The notes under the pieces were generated by a model. The model saw nothing but the letters and a program-made list of their open reading frames with translations, was not told the origin of the DNA and ran no database searches. DNA of 64,000 nt from NCBI GenBank assembly GCA_039804105.1, contig JBDRZU010000001.1:160001-224000 (forward strand), in the 5' to 3' direction. The DNA is from a candidate division WOR-3 bacterium. Lineage in GTDB: Bacteria; Hydrothermota; 32-111. Each line of letters begins with the position of its first letter. The stretch's first letter is position 1. The translations under genes were made by a program, and so were the position numbers. Of this stretch, positions 48,063 through 58,908 are shown in pieces.

Positions 48063-50140
48063 AAATTGTAAAAGTACTTTTACCTGTTGATATAGATAAA
48101 ACATTTGATTATTGTTTTCCAAAAGATTCAAATGTGAATCTTTTTAAAGGGGATATAGTTCAGGTTGATTTTAGAAATAAAAAATATCTTGGATTGGTTT
48201 ATGGTTTTTCAGATCATAGTGAAATAAAAAATATTAAGTCGATCGAACAAAAGGTATATGATAAAGTTATCTCAGATAAGATATTTGAATTCATAGAATG
48301 GGCATCAAAATATTATTTCGTTTCAAAAGGATTGATTATAAAGAATTATTTACCATACAATATTTCGATACCAAGAAAATATGTTTGTGTCTCAAAAGAT
48401 TATGAATATATTGAACTATTTTATGAAACGAAAAAAAGGCCTCTATCGAAAAGTGAGGTTGAAAAAATAACAAAGGAGAAGATCGATTTTTTAATTCAAA
48501 GAAATATAGTGAAGGAAGATCTTTTTCCATACACTGAAGGGAATCATAATGAAAAGATTTTAACAGATGAACAGGAAAATGCTTTTTCAATTTTAAAAGA
48601 AACTTTTGATAAAGGAGTATTTAGAACATTTTTGCTATATGGTCAACCTGCAACAGGCAAAACTGAAGTATACATAAAATTTGTGAAATATGTTTTTGAG
48701 AATTCAAACAAACAGATTCTAATTTTGCTTCCTGAAATTGGCCTTGTTGAACAGATTTCCAAAATATTTTCGAAGTTGTTCGGTTCATTGAACATAGCAA
48801 AGATCCATTCAGAACTTTCAAAAGGTGAATTCAATTTTCTGTTTGAAAAAATAAATTCTCAACATAAAAGGATAATAATAGGAACAAGGTCTGCTATTTT
48901 TTTACCATTTAAAGATCTTGGTGCTGTAATAGTTGACGAGGAGCAAGATATCTCTTATAAACAGTATGATATGGCTCCATTCTATAATGCAAGGGACTGT
49001 TCAATATATCTAGGAAAACTTTTTTCTTCCCCGGTTCTACTTGTTTCTGCAACTCCATCTCTTGAAACCTATTACAATGTTTTGAATAAAAAATATGAAC
49101 TTTTAAAACTTGAAAACAGATTCCTTGGAACGGAAAAACCCGAAGTAAAAATTGTTTATAACGAGTATGATTGTAAAAAGATTTCTCAAATCGCAATAGA
49201 TGAGATATCAAATTCTCTTGACGATGGAGAACAGGTTATAGTTTTTCTTAATCGAAGAGGTTATTTGAATCTTTACAGATGTGTTGATTGTGGAGAGTAT
49301 TTCAAATGTGAAAATTGTTCGGTTTCATACTCTTTTCATAAATCCACCAATCGTTTTATTTGTCATTACTGTCTTGATGAAAAACCATTTGATTCAAAAT
49401 GTAAAATTTGCGGTGGCAAGTTGATCTCTGCAGGAATTTGGGGGACTGAGATGGTTGAGACGATTTTTAGAAAAATATATAAAGATAGAATAATAGAAAG
49501 ATTTGATATCGATTCAACATCAAGAAAAGGTGAAAGGAACAGAATAATCGAAAATTTTATCAATCATAAAATTGATATACTTGTCGGAACACAGATGGTT
49601 TCAAAAGGTTATGATGTTCCAAATGTTTCAACTGTTCTCATTTTAAATTTCGATTCTACAATAAATCTTCCAGATATAAGGAGTATGGAAAGGTTTATGC
49701 AACTTCTGATACAGACCTCTGGAAGAGCCGGTAGAAGGGAAAAACGAGGGAAGATAATAATTGAAACCGCTATAAAAAATCAACAGATTTTTGATATAAT
49801 TCAGAATCTTGATTATCAAAAGTTTCTTGATGTTGAGATCGAAAAAAGAAAGGAACGAAATTTCCCTCCTTACAAAAGAGTATTAAAGATAAGCCATAAA
49901 AATAAAAACAGAGAAGATGCATGGAAAAACATTAAAAAGATATATGATATTCTAACACATAACAATTCTTATAGTGATATAAAGATTTTCCCACCAGGTT
50001 TTAATTTCATCGAAAAAATTAAAAATCATTATAGAACCGAAATATTTATATTCTATAAAGATTTTAAAAATGTCCATAAACTTTGCGAAAAGTTAAAAAA
50101 TGTAAAGATTGAATTTTACATAGATAATGATTATTTATAG
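48059..50140 (+). CDS. priA: Primosomal protein N'
   Basis: TGKTEVY, GTRSA, DEEQD, SATPS, Cys-rich zinc region, GTQMVSKG, GRAGR. Confidence 0.96.
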   Translation: MKIVKVLLPVDIDKTFDYCFPKDSNVNLFKGDIVQVDFRNKKYLGLVYGFSDHSEIKNIKSIEQKVYDKVISDKIFEFIEWASKYYFVSKGLIIKNYLPYNISIPRKYVCVSKDYEYIELFYETKKRPLSKSEVEKITKEKIDFLIQRNIVKEDLFPYTEGNHNEKILTDEQENAFSILKETFDKGVFRTFLLYGQPATGKTEVYIKFVKYVFENSNKQILILLPEIGLVEQISKIFSKLFGSLNIAKIHSELSKGEFNFLFEKINSQHKRIIIGTRSAIFLPFKDLGAVIVDEEQDISYKQYDMAPFYNARDCSIYLGKLFSSPVLLVSATPSLETYYNVLNKKYELLKLENRFLGTEKPEVKIVYNEYDCKKISQIAIDEISNSLDDGEQVIVFLNRRGYLNLYRCVDCGEYFKCENCSVSYSFHKSTNRFICHYCLDEKPFDSKCKICGGKLISAGIWGTEMVETIFRKIYKDRIIERFDIDSTSRKGERNRIIENFINHKIDILVGTQMVSKGYDVPNVSTVLILNFDSTINLPDIRSMERFMQLLIQTSGRAGRREKRGKIIIETAIKNQQIFDIIQNLDYQKFLDVEIEKRKERNFPPYKRVLKISHKNKNREDAWKNIKKIYDILTHNNSYSDIKIFPPGFNFIEKIKNHYRTEIFIFYKDFKNVHKLCEKLKNVKIEFYIDNDYL

Positions 50141-50149
50141 GAGTATACT

Positions 50150-51391
50150 ATGTTTAAATTTTTGAAAAATACCTTCAGATCGTTCAGATATTACAATTAT
50201 CGGTTATTTTTCCTCGGGCAGGGTATATCATTGATAGGGACATGGATGCAACAGGTAGCTTCTCCGTGGCTGGTTTATAGAATAACGAATTCACCTTTTT
50301 TACTTGGGTTAACATCATTTGTAGCTTTGAGTCCAAACATATTCATCACACCTTTCAGTGGTGTGGTCGCAGATAGGATTGATCGAAGAAAAATTTTGTA
50401 TTTTACTCAGATTAACATGATGTTATCAGCGTTTCTTTTAACATATTTCTATTTTAAAGGTAGAGGATATGTGTCCTATCCAATCATTTTATTTTTATCT
50501 TTTTATACAGGGATTATGAATGCACTTGATGCTCCAGCGAGACAGGCTTTTGTTTATGATATAGTTTCGGATAAAGTCGATTTACCTAATGCTATCGCTT
50601 TAAACAGTGCAATGTTCAATGGAGCAAGATTTTTCGGCCCAACATTTGCAGGTATTGTTTTGGCAAAGTGGAATGAAGGTGTTTGTTTTTTGATCAACGG
50701 AATCAGTTTTATAGCAGTTTTGATCGCTCTGTTTTTCATGAAACTTGAAAAACATGACAGGGTAAAACTGAAAACAATCAATTTTATTGATGAGTTTAAA
50801 GAAGGTTTAGATTACACATTTAAACATAAGGGAATCCTTTCTATACTTGTTATAGTTGTTATAATTTCAATTTTTGGAATGAGTTATCCTGTTGTGCTTC
50901 CGGTATATGTTAAAGAGATTTTGAAAAAAGGTGGAGATACATTAGGATTTCTGCTTTCGTTCATCGGAATAGGAGCTTTGACTGGTGCGATCTTTATAGC
51001 TTCTTTGAAAAATATAAATATTGTTGTTAGACAGTTTTTTCTTGCGGGATTGATTTTTGGAATCTCATTGATTTCCATCTCTTTTGTGCGCAACATATAT
51101 TTTTTGTATATATTTTTGTTTACGCTTGGTTTTGGTGTTGTATCCCAGGTTTCATCTGGAAACACATTGATTCAACTTTTTGTTGATGATAAGAAAAGGG
51201 GAAGAGTCATGAGTTTATACAATATGGCTTTTTTAGGTTCTGCTCCGATTGGTAGTTTGATCGCAGGATTTTTAATAAAGCAAAATGTTCTCGGAATCTC
51301 AAGAACTTTACTTGTTCTTGGACTTATTTGTGCATCCACATCATTTTTTCTTGTGTTGAACAGAAAAGAGTTCAGAAAAGTGTTCAAATAG
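50150..51391 (+). CDS. MFS transporter (MFS_3-like)
   Basis: GQGISLIGTWMQ, ADRIDRR, 12 TM. Confidence 0.9.
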   Translation: MFKFLKNTFRSFRYYNYRLFFLGQGISLIGTWMQQVASPWLVYRITNSPFLLGLTSFVALSPNIFITPFSGVVADRIDRRKILYFTQINMMLSAFLLTYFYFKGRGYVSYPIILFLSFYTGIMNALDAPARQAFVYDIVSDKVDLPNAIALNSAMFNGARFFGPTFAGIVLAKWNEGVCFLINGISFIAVLIALFFMKLEKHDRVKLKTINFIDEFKEGLDYTFKHKGILSILVIVVIISIFGMSYPVVLPVYVKEILKKGGDTLGFLLSFIGIGALTGAIFIASLKNINIVVRQFFLAGLIFGISLISISFVRNIYFLYIFLFTLGFGVVSQVSSGNTLIQLFVDDKKRGRVMSLYNMAFLGSAPIGSLIAGFLIKQNVLGISRTLLVLGLICASTSFFLVLNRKEFRKVFK

Positions 51392-51392
51392 T

Positions 51393-51911
51393 TTACTTCC
51401 TAAAACTCAAAATTATACCAAGAACTATGGACCATAAAGCGGCAATACCTATTTGATAATCTTTGGGTAATAAGAATGTGAAAGTATGTGCTGGTATCCA
51501 GAACCAGATTAAAGAAATTAGAGAAAATTCGATACCTTTAAAATCTTTTTTCCACATTATCAGATTCTCCACGAGCCGATGGAACAACATCATCTGGGGC
51601 CCAAAAAAAATATTGGTTAACGCGGAAAGAGAAAAAGCGTAGAATAATGTCCCTTCCTTTACATTGAAGAACATATTGTTTTCAATCAATGCTTTTAAAC
51701 TACCTTTACTTCCAGTAAAACCCATTTTTATCATTATACCTAAAATTCCCCATCCCAATATTTTTAAAATTATTTGAAAAAAGTTTCCGATATTTTTTAA
51801 TCTTTTTCGTATAGAATACGAAATAACTTCTCCTAAAAATCCTAGTATTGCAAATTGAAGGAAAGATGAAATTATAGGGTAAGTTTTTACAAAATGTAAA
51901 TATTTATCCAT
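51393..51911 (-). CDS. Membrane protein (Mpv17/PMP22-like)
   Basis: FWIPAHTFTF.LP..YQI..AALWS motif, about 4 TM. Confidence 0.6.
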   Translation of the reverse strand: MDKYLHFVKTYPIISSFLQFAILGFLGEVISYSIRKRLKNIGNFFQIILKILGWGILGIMIKMGFTGSKGSLKALIENNMFFNVKEGTLFYAFSLSALTNIFFGPQMMLFHRLVENLIMWKKDFKGIEFSLISLIWFWIPAHTFTFLLPKDYQIGIAALWSIVLGIILSFRK

Positions 51912-51982
51912 TTTTTCTCCTTATTTTAATTTCAAATTATATTTTAAATCCTCATGTAATCAACAAAAATTTTATCTGTTTA

Positions 51983-52010
51983 TTGACATGTTGAGTCAAC
52001 TTTATATAAT
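51983..52010 (+). promoter_or_regulatory. sigma70 promoter with overlapping palindrome
   Basis: TTGACA-16nt-TATAAT; TTGAC-N7-GTCAA dyad. Confidence 0.7.
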
Positions 52011-52037
52011 TGATAAATAACAAAACAGGAGAAATAA

Positions 52038-53582
52038 ATGAAGTTTATTGAAAGAATGGCCAAATGGTTTAACAAAAAGAAAGTTTTATTGGAGGGCGGT
52101 GGGGAACAGGCAATCGAAAAACAGATCCAGAGTGGTAAACTGTTTGCAAGAGATAGAATAGAGTTGCTCCTTGACAAAGATAGTTTTGTTGAAACCGATC
52201 TTTTTGTTGAACACAGTGCAAAAGATTTTGGATTATCAAAGAAATCACTTGCTGGTGATGGTGTTATAACAGGTTATGGAAAAATAAATGGAAGAAAAGT
52301 TTGTATATTTGCACAGGACTTCACAGTTGCAGGTGGTTCACTTGGTGAAATGCATGCCCTAAAAATTACAAAGATTATGGATCTTGCAGCTAAAATGGGG
52401 GTTCCACTCATAGGATTAAACGATTCTGGAGGAGCAAGGATTCAGGAGGGAGTTTCAGCATTGGCTGGTTATGGTAACATATTTTTCAGAAATGCGAGAT
52501 TATCTGGAGTTATTCCCCAAATCTCTGTGATTCTTGGACCATGCGCTGGGGGAGCAGTTTATTCTCCTGCTTTAATGGATTTTGTTTTTATGGTTAACGA
52601 TCTTTCAAAAATGTTTATAACTGGACCTCAGGTCATTAAAACAGTTATAGGAGAGGACATCTCGATGGAGGAACTTGGTGGTGCTTATACACATCACACA
52701 AAAACGGGTAATATACATTTCTTTGCTTCGAACGAATATGAATCATTCTTTCAGGTTCAAAAACTCCTTTCATATATTCCAGACAATTGTTATGAGAAAC
52801 CCAAAAGGATTGAACCCAAACCTCCCAAGGAAACAAAAAGTATTGAAGAGATAATACCTCACGATTCCAAAGAACCTTATGATGTAAAAGATGTGATTTA
52901 TAGTATTGTTGATGATTCCGACTTTTTTGAAGTTCAATCTGGTTGGGCTGAAAATATTGTTGTTGGTTTCGCAAGAATTGATGGAAGGAGTATAGGAATA
53001 GTGGCAAACCAACCTGATGTTCTTGCAGGAGTTCTTGATGTTAACTCTTCTGATAAAGCCGCAAGATTCGTTAGATTCTGTGATGCCTTTAATATACCCC
53101 TTTTAACACTTGTTGATATGCCTGGTTATTTACCGGGAATAGATCAAGAATATGCAGGAGTCATAAGACATGGAGCAAAGTTGTTGTACGCTTACTCTGA
53201 AGCAACTGTACCAAAAATAACTTTGATCTTGAGAAAGGCTTATGGTGGTGGATATATTGCTATGTGTTCTAAACATTTGGGGGCAGATCTTGTGTTTGCT
53301 TTACCAACTGCTGAAATCGCTGTAATGGGACCAGAAGGCGCAGCGAATATTATATTTAAAAAGGAGATTGACGAAAGTGAAGATAAAGAAAAAACCAGAC
53401 AACTAAAAATTCAGGAGTATATCGAAAAGTTTGCTAATCCTTTTGTTGCTGCATCGAAAGGTTATATTGATTCAGTTATAAATCCCGATGAAATAAGAAA
53501 TATGCTTATAAGTGCTTTCGAGATAACTGAGGATAAAAAAGAGAATCTCCCAATCAAAAAACATTCAAACATGCCGGTGTGA
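52038..53582 (+). CDS. Acyl-CoA carboxyltransferase (PccB/MmdA type)
   Basis: DSGGARIQEG, GPCAGGAVY, RKAYGG, KKH.NMP. Confidence 0.95.
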   Translation: MKFIERMAKWFNKKKVLLEGGGEQAIEKQIQSGKLFARDRIELLLDKDSFVETDLFVEHSAKDFGLSKKSLAGDGVITGYGKINGRKVCIFAQDFTVAGGSLGEMHALKITKIMDLAAKMGVPLIGLNDSGGARIQEGVSALAGYGNIFFRNARLSGVIPQISVILGPCAGGAVYSPALMDFVFMVNDLSKMFITGPQVIKTVIGEDISMEELGGAYTHHTKTGNIHFFASNEYESFFQVQKLLSYIPDNCYEKPKRIEPKPPKETKSIEEIIPHDSKEPYDVKDVIYSIVDDSDFFEVQSGWAENIVVGFARIDGRSIGIVANQPDVLAGVLDVNSSDKAARFVRFCDAFNIPLLTLVDMPGYLPGIDQEYAGVIRHGAKLLYAYSEATVPKITLILRKAYGGGYIAMCSKHLGADLVFALPTAEIAVMGPEGAANIIFKKEIDESEDKEKTRQLKIQEYIEKFANPFVAASKGYIDSVINPDEIRNMLISAFEITEDKKENLPIKKHSNMPV

Positions 53583-53584
53583 TT

Positions 53585-53896
53585 ATGGAAAAGAAAAAAA
53601 ATAACATATCAGTTGATTTTGATCAGTATCCAACAAACATCCCACAGGATTATAAATTACCCATAGATACCACTCTTGAAGATCCATTCGAAGTAAGATC
53701 TCCAATACCAGGAATCATTACGAAAGTTTTTGTTAAAGAGAGGGATAAGGTTTCAAGTGGAACAGTGTTGATGATACTTGAAGCGATGAAAATGAAAAAC
53801 AGAATCTATTCGAAGGTGGAAGGGGAAATAAAGGAAATCTATGTTAAAGAAGGAGAAAGGGTTGTTAAGAATCAAAAACTCTGTAAAATCGAATAA
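53585..53896 (+). CDS. Biotin carboxyl carrier protein
   Basis: SPIPG and EAMKM biotinylation motif. Confidence 0.93.
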   Translation: MEKKKNNISVDFDQYPTNIPQDYKLPIDTTLEDPFEVRSPIPGIITKVFVKERDKVSSGTVLMILEAMKMKNRIYSKVEGEIKEIYVKEGERVVKNQKLCKIE

Positions 53897-54518
53897 AATT
53901 ATTTTCTTATTTCTATCTTTATACTTTATTATATTTCTTTTTGGTGATTATAAATTTTCATACCGTTTGAAAGAATATTTTGAAAACGATTCTTCTTTAA
54001 TAAATTTTGATATTCTGACGAAAGAAAATAGTATCATTTTTAAAAATGAGAATATTAGATACATTTTCAAAGAAAATAGTGATACCTTTTATCTTGTAGA
54101 TGATGAAAATAAAACCGTAACTACTCTTTCTTTTGAATTTTTTGATTTCTTTTCATCTTATCTTGATAAAAATATCCTAAAAAATAAAAAAATGAATTTT
54201 GTTAAGGATACTGTATTAACAGGTATTCCGGTTAAATATTTTAGTATGGATATAGATTCTTTAAAAAGAATAAAAATGTTTGTAACAAAAGAAAACTTTG
54301 AACTATCAAAAATGATCAAAAGGTATAACAAGATTTTGAAAAGTTACCTGAATGTTGATTTTGAGATAATATTTGATTCGATTTATGGAGGTATTCCTGT
54401 TTTGTTCGAATTTATTAATGGGAAGGATGTTGATGTTGATATGCAACTTTTGAGTTTTCAAAAGGATAATTTTGAGAGGGAATTTGTGATACCACAAAAT
54501 TACAAAATTAACAGATGA
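53841..54518 (+). CDS. Hypothetical exported protein
   Basis: Long ORF in operon with hydrophobic N-terminal segment; start uncertain. Confidence 0.55.
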   Translation: MLKKEKGLLRIKNSVKSNKIIFLFLSLYFIIFLFGDYKFSYRLKEYFENDSSLINFDILTKENSIIFKNENIRYIFKENSDTFYLVDDENKTVTTLSFEFFDFFSSYLDKNILKNKKMNFVKDTVLTGIPVKYFSMDIDSLKRIKMFVTKENFELSKMIKRYNKILKSYLNVDFEIIFDSIYGGIPVLFEFINGKDVDVDMQLLSFQKDNFEREFVIPQNYKINR

Positions 54519-55381
54519 AAAGAAGAAAGCGGATAGTGAAAAAAATAATACTCTGTTGTATTCTAATGATTTTTACTAATATATATTCTCAGATAGTTTT
54601 ACCTGATGCGAGTTTTGACCATAAATATTTTGATTATTTTGAACAAGGAATAAATGCAAATTTTACCACTTCGCAACTCTCCAATTCTTTTAATCTACTC
54701 TATCTATGGAATAGCGACTTTTTGACAGGACTTGGTTTAAAAGTTATTAATTATGGCACTATCGATTATACAACTGTTTTGGATACAACCAGCGAGCCTT
54801 CTCCCATTAATTATCCATACATAATTAAGAATGAAAATCTAAATAAATTAAGTTTCACTTTTTTCTTTGGTAAAAAAACAAAATTTTTGAATTGTCTATT
54901 CAACCTGAATTTCAACTATTTAAATTTTTCAAAGAATCCAATAATATTAACAAATTCTCTTAATATTGAAAAAATTTTAGCTGATTATTCTCTTTTTTTA
55001 AATTTTTATGATTTACTTCCTGTTCAAAACTTTGGAGAGGATTATGAATATGTTTTTGAACCTCAGGGAGATGTCGGTTTTTCAAAACTGTTCAAAAAAG
55101 ATGCATCATCTTTAAAAATATCCTTTGTTGTAAATTTCTTAACATATCTTGATGATGGATATACTTTTGTTTACAAATTTCTTTCTTTATCTCCATCCCT
55201 GGAGTTAGATTACAAGTATAAAAATATTGCACTTGTTTTAAATACTTTTTCAGAGAAGTTCGAAGTTTCATTCTTATACACTTTTTCAGAAAAGTTTGCC
55301 ATATTTTCAAGTTATGGTAAAAATTATTCAAGTTTTCAATATTTTTCGATTGGTATAAATTTTAAAGGAGTAAATAATTGA
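54515..55381 (+). CDS. Putative outer-membrane beta-barrel protein
   Basis: Signal peptide, alternating aromatic strands, C-terminal FSIGINF. Confidence 0.5.
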   Translation: MKRRKRIVKKIILCCILMIFTNIYSQIVLPDASFDHKYFDYFEQGINANFTTSQLSNSFNLLYLWNSDFLTGLGLKVINYGTIDYTTVLDTTSEPSPINYPYIIKNENLNKLSFTFFFGKKTKFLNCLFNLNFNYLNFSKNPIILTNSLNIEKILADYSLFLNFYDLLPVQNFGEDYEYVFEPQGDVGFSKLFKKDASSLKISFVVNFLTYLDDGYTFVYKFLSLSPSLELDYKYKNIALVLNTFSEKFEVSFLYTFSEKFAIFSSYGKNYSSFQYFSIGINFKGVNN

Positions 55382-56844
55382 AAAAGATAATTATCATCGG
55401 ATCTGGTTTTGGAGGACTTTCTGCTGCTGCTTTTCTTTCAAAATATGGTTTCGATGTAACGGTGTTAGAAAAGAATTCTCAGATTGGTGGAAGAGCTTCA
55501 ACCTATTTTGAAAAAGGATTTCTTTTTGATAAAGGACCTTCATGGTATTTGATGCCTGAAATTTTTGAGAGGTTTTTCCAAAATTTTAATAAAAATTTTT
55601 TTGACTATTATAAACTTATAAAACTTGATCCAAACTATAGGTTATTTTTTGAGGATGGTCAGATAATAGATATACCATCAGATATCGAATCGATAAAAGA
55701 TATTTTTGAAAGTTTAGAAAGAGGAAGTTCTAAAAGGTTAGAAGAATATATTTCGAATGCGACATATCAATACAATCTGATAGATAAATTTTTGTATAGA
55801 AAGTATGAAAGTATTAAAGATGTTATTGATCTAAAACTTTTAACGGATGGAATAAAACTCAATATTTTCCATTATATGGATGGTTATGTAAAACGATTTT
55901 TTAAGAGCAAGAAATTGAGACAGATTCTTGAATACACAACAGTTTTTCTTGGTTCTTCTCCATATAATACACCAGCATTCTATTCCATTATGAGTTATGT
56001 TGATTTCAAGTCGGGAGTTTTTTATCCTTTTGAGGGTTTTTCTAAAGTTGCTCAATCTTATGCAGAAGTTGCAAGGGAGTTTGGATGTAAAATTTTCCTT
56101 AACAATGAAGTGAAAAAGATAGTTGTTAAAAATGGAATAGCAAAAGGTGTTGAAACCAACAATGGTTTTTTTGATGGTGATATAGTTATTTCGAATGCAG
56201 ATTTTTATTTTACGGAAAACTATCTGCTTGAACCTTCCTATAAAAGTTTTGATGAAAAATACTGGAATAAAAAAATTTTAGGGCCATCAGCTTTTTTAAT
56301 CTTTCTTGGGATCAATAAAAAAATAGAAAAATTAAAACATCATAACCTTTGTCTTGTTAACGATTGGGAAATACATTTTAAAACTATTTTTGATATACAA
56401 AAAATGCCTGAAAATCCATCCTTTTATATATCGGTCACCTCAAAAACAGATAAAACGACAGCACCTGAAAATTATGAAAATCTTTTTGTCCTTGTGCCAA
56501 TATCTTCAGGTATTGATGATAACGATCATTTAAGAAAAGAATTTTCTGAAAAAATAGTTAACAGAATTTCAAAACTTGTTGGTTTTGATTTAAAAGAAAA
56601 TATTATAGTAAAAAAAGTATATTCTATAAATGATTTTATAGAAGATTATAATTCATATAAAGGGAATGCTCTTGGTCTTTCCCATGCTAAATTTCAAACT
56701 GCAATTTTTCGATTGCCTTATAGAAGTAAAAAAGTGAAAAACCTATTTTTTGTTGGACATTATACACATCCGGGAATCGGAGTCCCAATGGTAACAATCG
56801 CTGGAGAAGTTTTATCGAAAATTGTCAAAAAAATTTATGATTAA
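55378..56844 (+). CDS. crtI: Phytoene desaturase
   Basis: GSGFGG FAD site, FDKGPSWYLMP, HPGIGVPM. Confidence 0.92.
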   Translation: MKKIIIIGSGFGGLSAAAFLSKYGFDVTVLEKNSQIGGRASTYFEKGFLFDKGPSWYLMPEIFERFFQNFNKNFFDYYKLIKLDPNYRLFFEDGQIIDIPSDIESIKDIFESLERGSSKRLEEYISNATYQYNLIDKFLYRKYESIKDVIDLKLLTDGIKLNIFHYMDGYVKRFFKSKKLRQILEYTTVFLGSSPYNTPAFYSIMSYVDFKSGVFYPFEGFSKVAQSYAEVAREFGCKIFLNNEVKKIVVKNGIAKGVETNNGFFDGDIVISNADFYFTENYLLEPSYKSFDEKYWNKKILGPSAFLIFLGINKKIEKLKHHNLCLVNDWEIHFKTIFDIQKMPENPSFYISVTSKTDKTTAPENYENLFVLVPISSGIDDNDHLRKEFSEKIVNRISKLVGFDLKENIIVKKVYSINDFIEDYNSYKGNALGLSHAKFQTAIFRLPYRSKKVKNLFFVGHYTHPGIGVPMVTIAGEVLSKIVKKIYD

Positions 56845-57664
56845 CAAAACCTCTTATCAAATTTTTAAAAACGGGTCAAAAACATACTTTTATTCAAGCG
56901 TATTTTTCCCTATAACAGTAAGAAGCAGGGTTTTTATCCTTTACAGTTTTGTAAGAAAAGCTGATAATTTTGTTGATTCTGTTCCACAAGATAAGGATGG
57001 TTTTTACAGGTTCAAGGATGATTTTTATAAGAGGTTGAAAGGGGAGAAGGTTGAAGATGTGGTGATTGAAAGTTTTGTTTCTCTTATGAAAAAATTTGAT
57101 ATCAAAAAAGAATGGGTCGATTCATTTCTTGATTCGATGGAGATGGATATAAATAAAAAAACATATTTAAATCTCGACGAAACTTTAAAATATATGTACG
57201 GATCAGCGGAAGTCATAGGTATTATGATGTGTAAAATTATGGGACTTACAGAAGAGTCATACCATTATGCAAGAAATTTAGGCAGAGCGATGCAATATAT
57301 CAATTTTATAAGAGATATAAATGAGGATAATCAACTTGGGAGGTTGTATCTCCCACTTGATGTTTTGAAAAAATATGATCTAAATTCTTTAACCTATGAA
57401 GAGGTTTCAAAGAAAGACGAACGATTTAAAGAATTTCTAAGGGAACAGTTAGATCTTTATTTTAAGTGGCAAAATATTGGTGAACAAGGTTATAGATACA
57501 TTCCAAAATATCTTATGGTTCCAATCAAAACAGCATCAGATATGTACAAATATACAGCGAAAAGAATTTATGATAATCCTTTCATAGTTTACAAGATCAA
57601 AGTTAAACCAAGGATCAGAAGAATTGTTTTCACTGGTATAAAAAATATTTTTAATACTTTTTAA
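56837..57664 (+). CDS. crtB: Phytoene synthase
   Basis: SKTY, R.ADNFVD, YMYGSAEVIG, NFIRDINED..LGR.Y.P. Confidence 0.93.
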   Translation: MINKTSYQIFKNGSKTYFYSSVFFPITVRSRVFILYSFVRKADNFVDSVPQDKDGFYRFKDDFYKRLKGEKVEDVVIESFVSLMKKFDIKKEWVDSFLDSMEMDINKKTYLNLDETLKYMYGSAEVIGIMMCKIMGLTEESYHYARNLGRAMQYINFIRDINEDNQLGRLYLPLDVLKKYDLNSLTYEEVSKKDERFKEFLREQLDLYFKWQNIGEQGYRYIPKYLMVPIKTASDMYKYTAKRIYDNPFIVYKIKVKPRIRRIVFTGIKNIFNTF

Positions 57665-57665
57665 T

Positions 57666-58229
57666 ATGAAAAAATTATCTCTTATTCTTATATTTATATT
57701 AGTTTTTTATATTTTTCCGAATAACCCATATAAAGAGGAAATCGATTATGAAAAATTGAACTTTATTAGGGAAAAATATTATATAGCAATCGAAAATCTT
57801 GATACGACAAAGTTTTTAGAAAATTATATGGAAAAAAACTTTGGAACCGATATTTCCCAATATAATCCTATTCTTATGTCATATTATGCATGTCTAAAGG
57901 GTCTCGAGGGTAAGTTTGAAAAAAACATTCCCAAAAAAGTCAAATTTGTGTTCAAAGCGATTTCGATAATCGATAGTTCTGTTAGCAAATTTCCTGATTG
58001 TCTTGAAATCAGATTCTTAAGGTTTTCTTTTTATGAAAATCTCCCAGATTACTTCAATGTATCAAAAAAGAGAAATGAGGATTTAAAATTTATTTATGAG
58101 TATCTGCTTCATAAAGATTTTTCATTCGTTCCTCGAAAGATTCAGGTTGATATGATAAAATTTATTGTTTCAACAAGAAGATTGAGAGATAATGAAAATT
58201 TAAAACTGATAAGGTTATTGAATGAGTAG
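57666..58229 (+). CDS. Hypothetical exported protein in carotenoid cluster
   Basis: Signal peptide; EIRFLR motif; between crtB and the cyclase. Confidence 0.6.
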   Translation: MKKLSLILIFILVFYIFPNNPYKEEIDYEKLNFIREKYYIAIENLDTTKFLENYMEKNFGTDISQYNPILMSYYACLKGLEGKFEKNIPKKVKFVFKAISIIDSSVSKFPDCLEIRFLRFSFYENLPDYFNVSKKRNEDLKFIYEYLLHKDFSFVPRKIQVDMIKFIVSTRRLRDNENLKLIRLLNE

Positions 58230-58908
58230 ATATCTTTTGATCAATATTATCATTATCATTTTTCCTTTAATAGGTTCTATTTTATTGTACAAATATACTC
58301 TAAAAAAATTGATATCATTTTTTATATCATTTATTTCGGTCGGAATACCTTTTATAATCTGGGATTCGGTAGCAACAAAAAGGGGAGATTGGTTTTTCAA
58401 TTCGAAATATGTTAACACTACAAGAATTTTTGATCTACCTTTAGAAGAAGTACTTTTTTTTATTACCGTTCCTTATGCATGTTTATTTCTATATGAAGGA
58501 ATAAAATTTTTTGTTTTTGATACAAAAGTAAAGCCATTGCCAAAAATTGTTATAACATCTGTAGGATTAACTTTTATTCTTCTTGGTGTTTATTTTATTT
58601 TTACTCCCTACACTTCAACCATTTTCTTTGTTACGGGATTAACATTTATAATGTTATCTTACTGTTTTAATTTTCTTCTTAAAAATGTTCATTACTACAT
58701 TTTTCTTGTGCTTATTTTTATTCTATTCTTTATTTTTAATTCATTGTTAACTGGAATTCCAATCGTTTTATATTCTAAAAAAGCGATCACAAATATAAGG
58801 ATCGGAACAATTCCTGTTGAGGATTTTTTTTATAACTTTTCATTGCTGACTCTCTATCTTGGAATTTATGAATTGATTAACAGAAAATTTTTTACAAAAG
58901 AAGTATAA
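58222..58908 (+). CDS. Lycopene cyclase, membrane type with two repeated domains (CrtYcd-like)
   Basis: WD...W.F..LPLEE.LFF and IPVEDFFY repeats. Confidence 0.88.
   Translation: MSRYLLINIIIIIFPLIGSILLYKYTLKKLISFFISFISVGIPFIIWDSVATKRGDWFFNSKYVNTTRIFDLPLEEVLFFITVPYACLFLYEGIKFFVFDTKVKPLPKIVITSVGLTFILLGVYFIFTPYTSTIFFVTGLTFIMLSYCFNFLLKNVHYYIFLVLIFILFFIFNSLLTGIPIVLYSKKAITNIRIGTIPVEDFFYNFSLLTLYLGIYELINRKFFTKEV

Noticed and set aside
876..58418. Numerous 60-140 aa ORFs antisense to or nested in housekeeping genes
   Set aside because: Overlap well-supported genes and lack SD sequences or recognisable motifs
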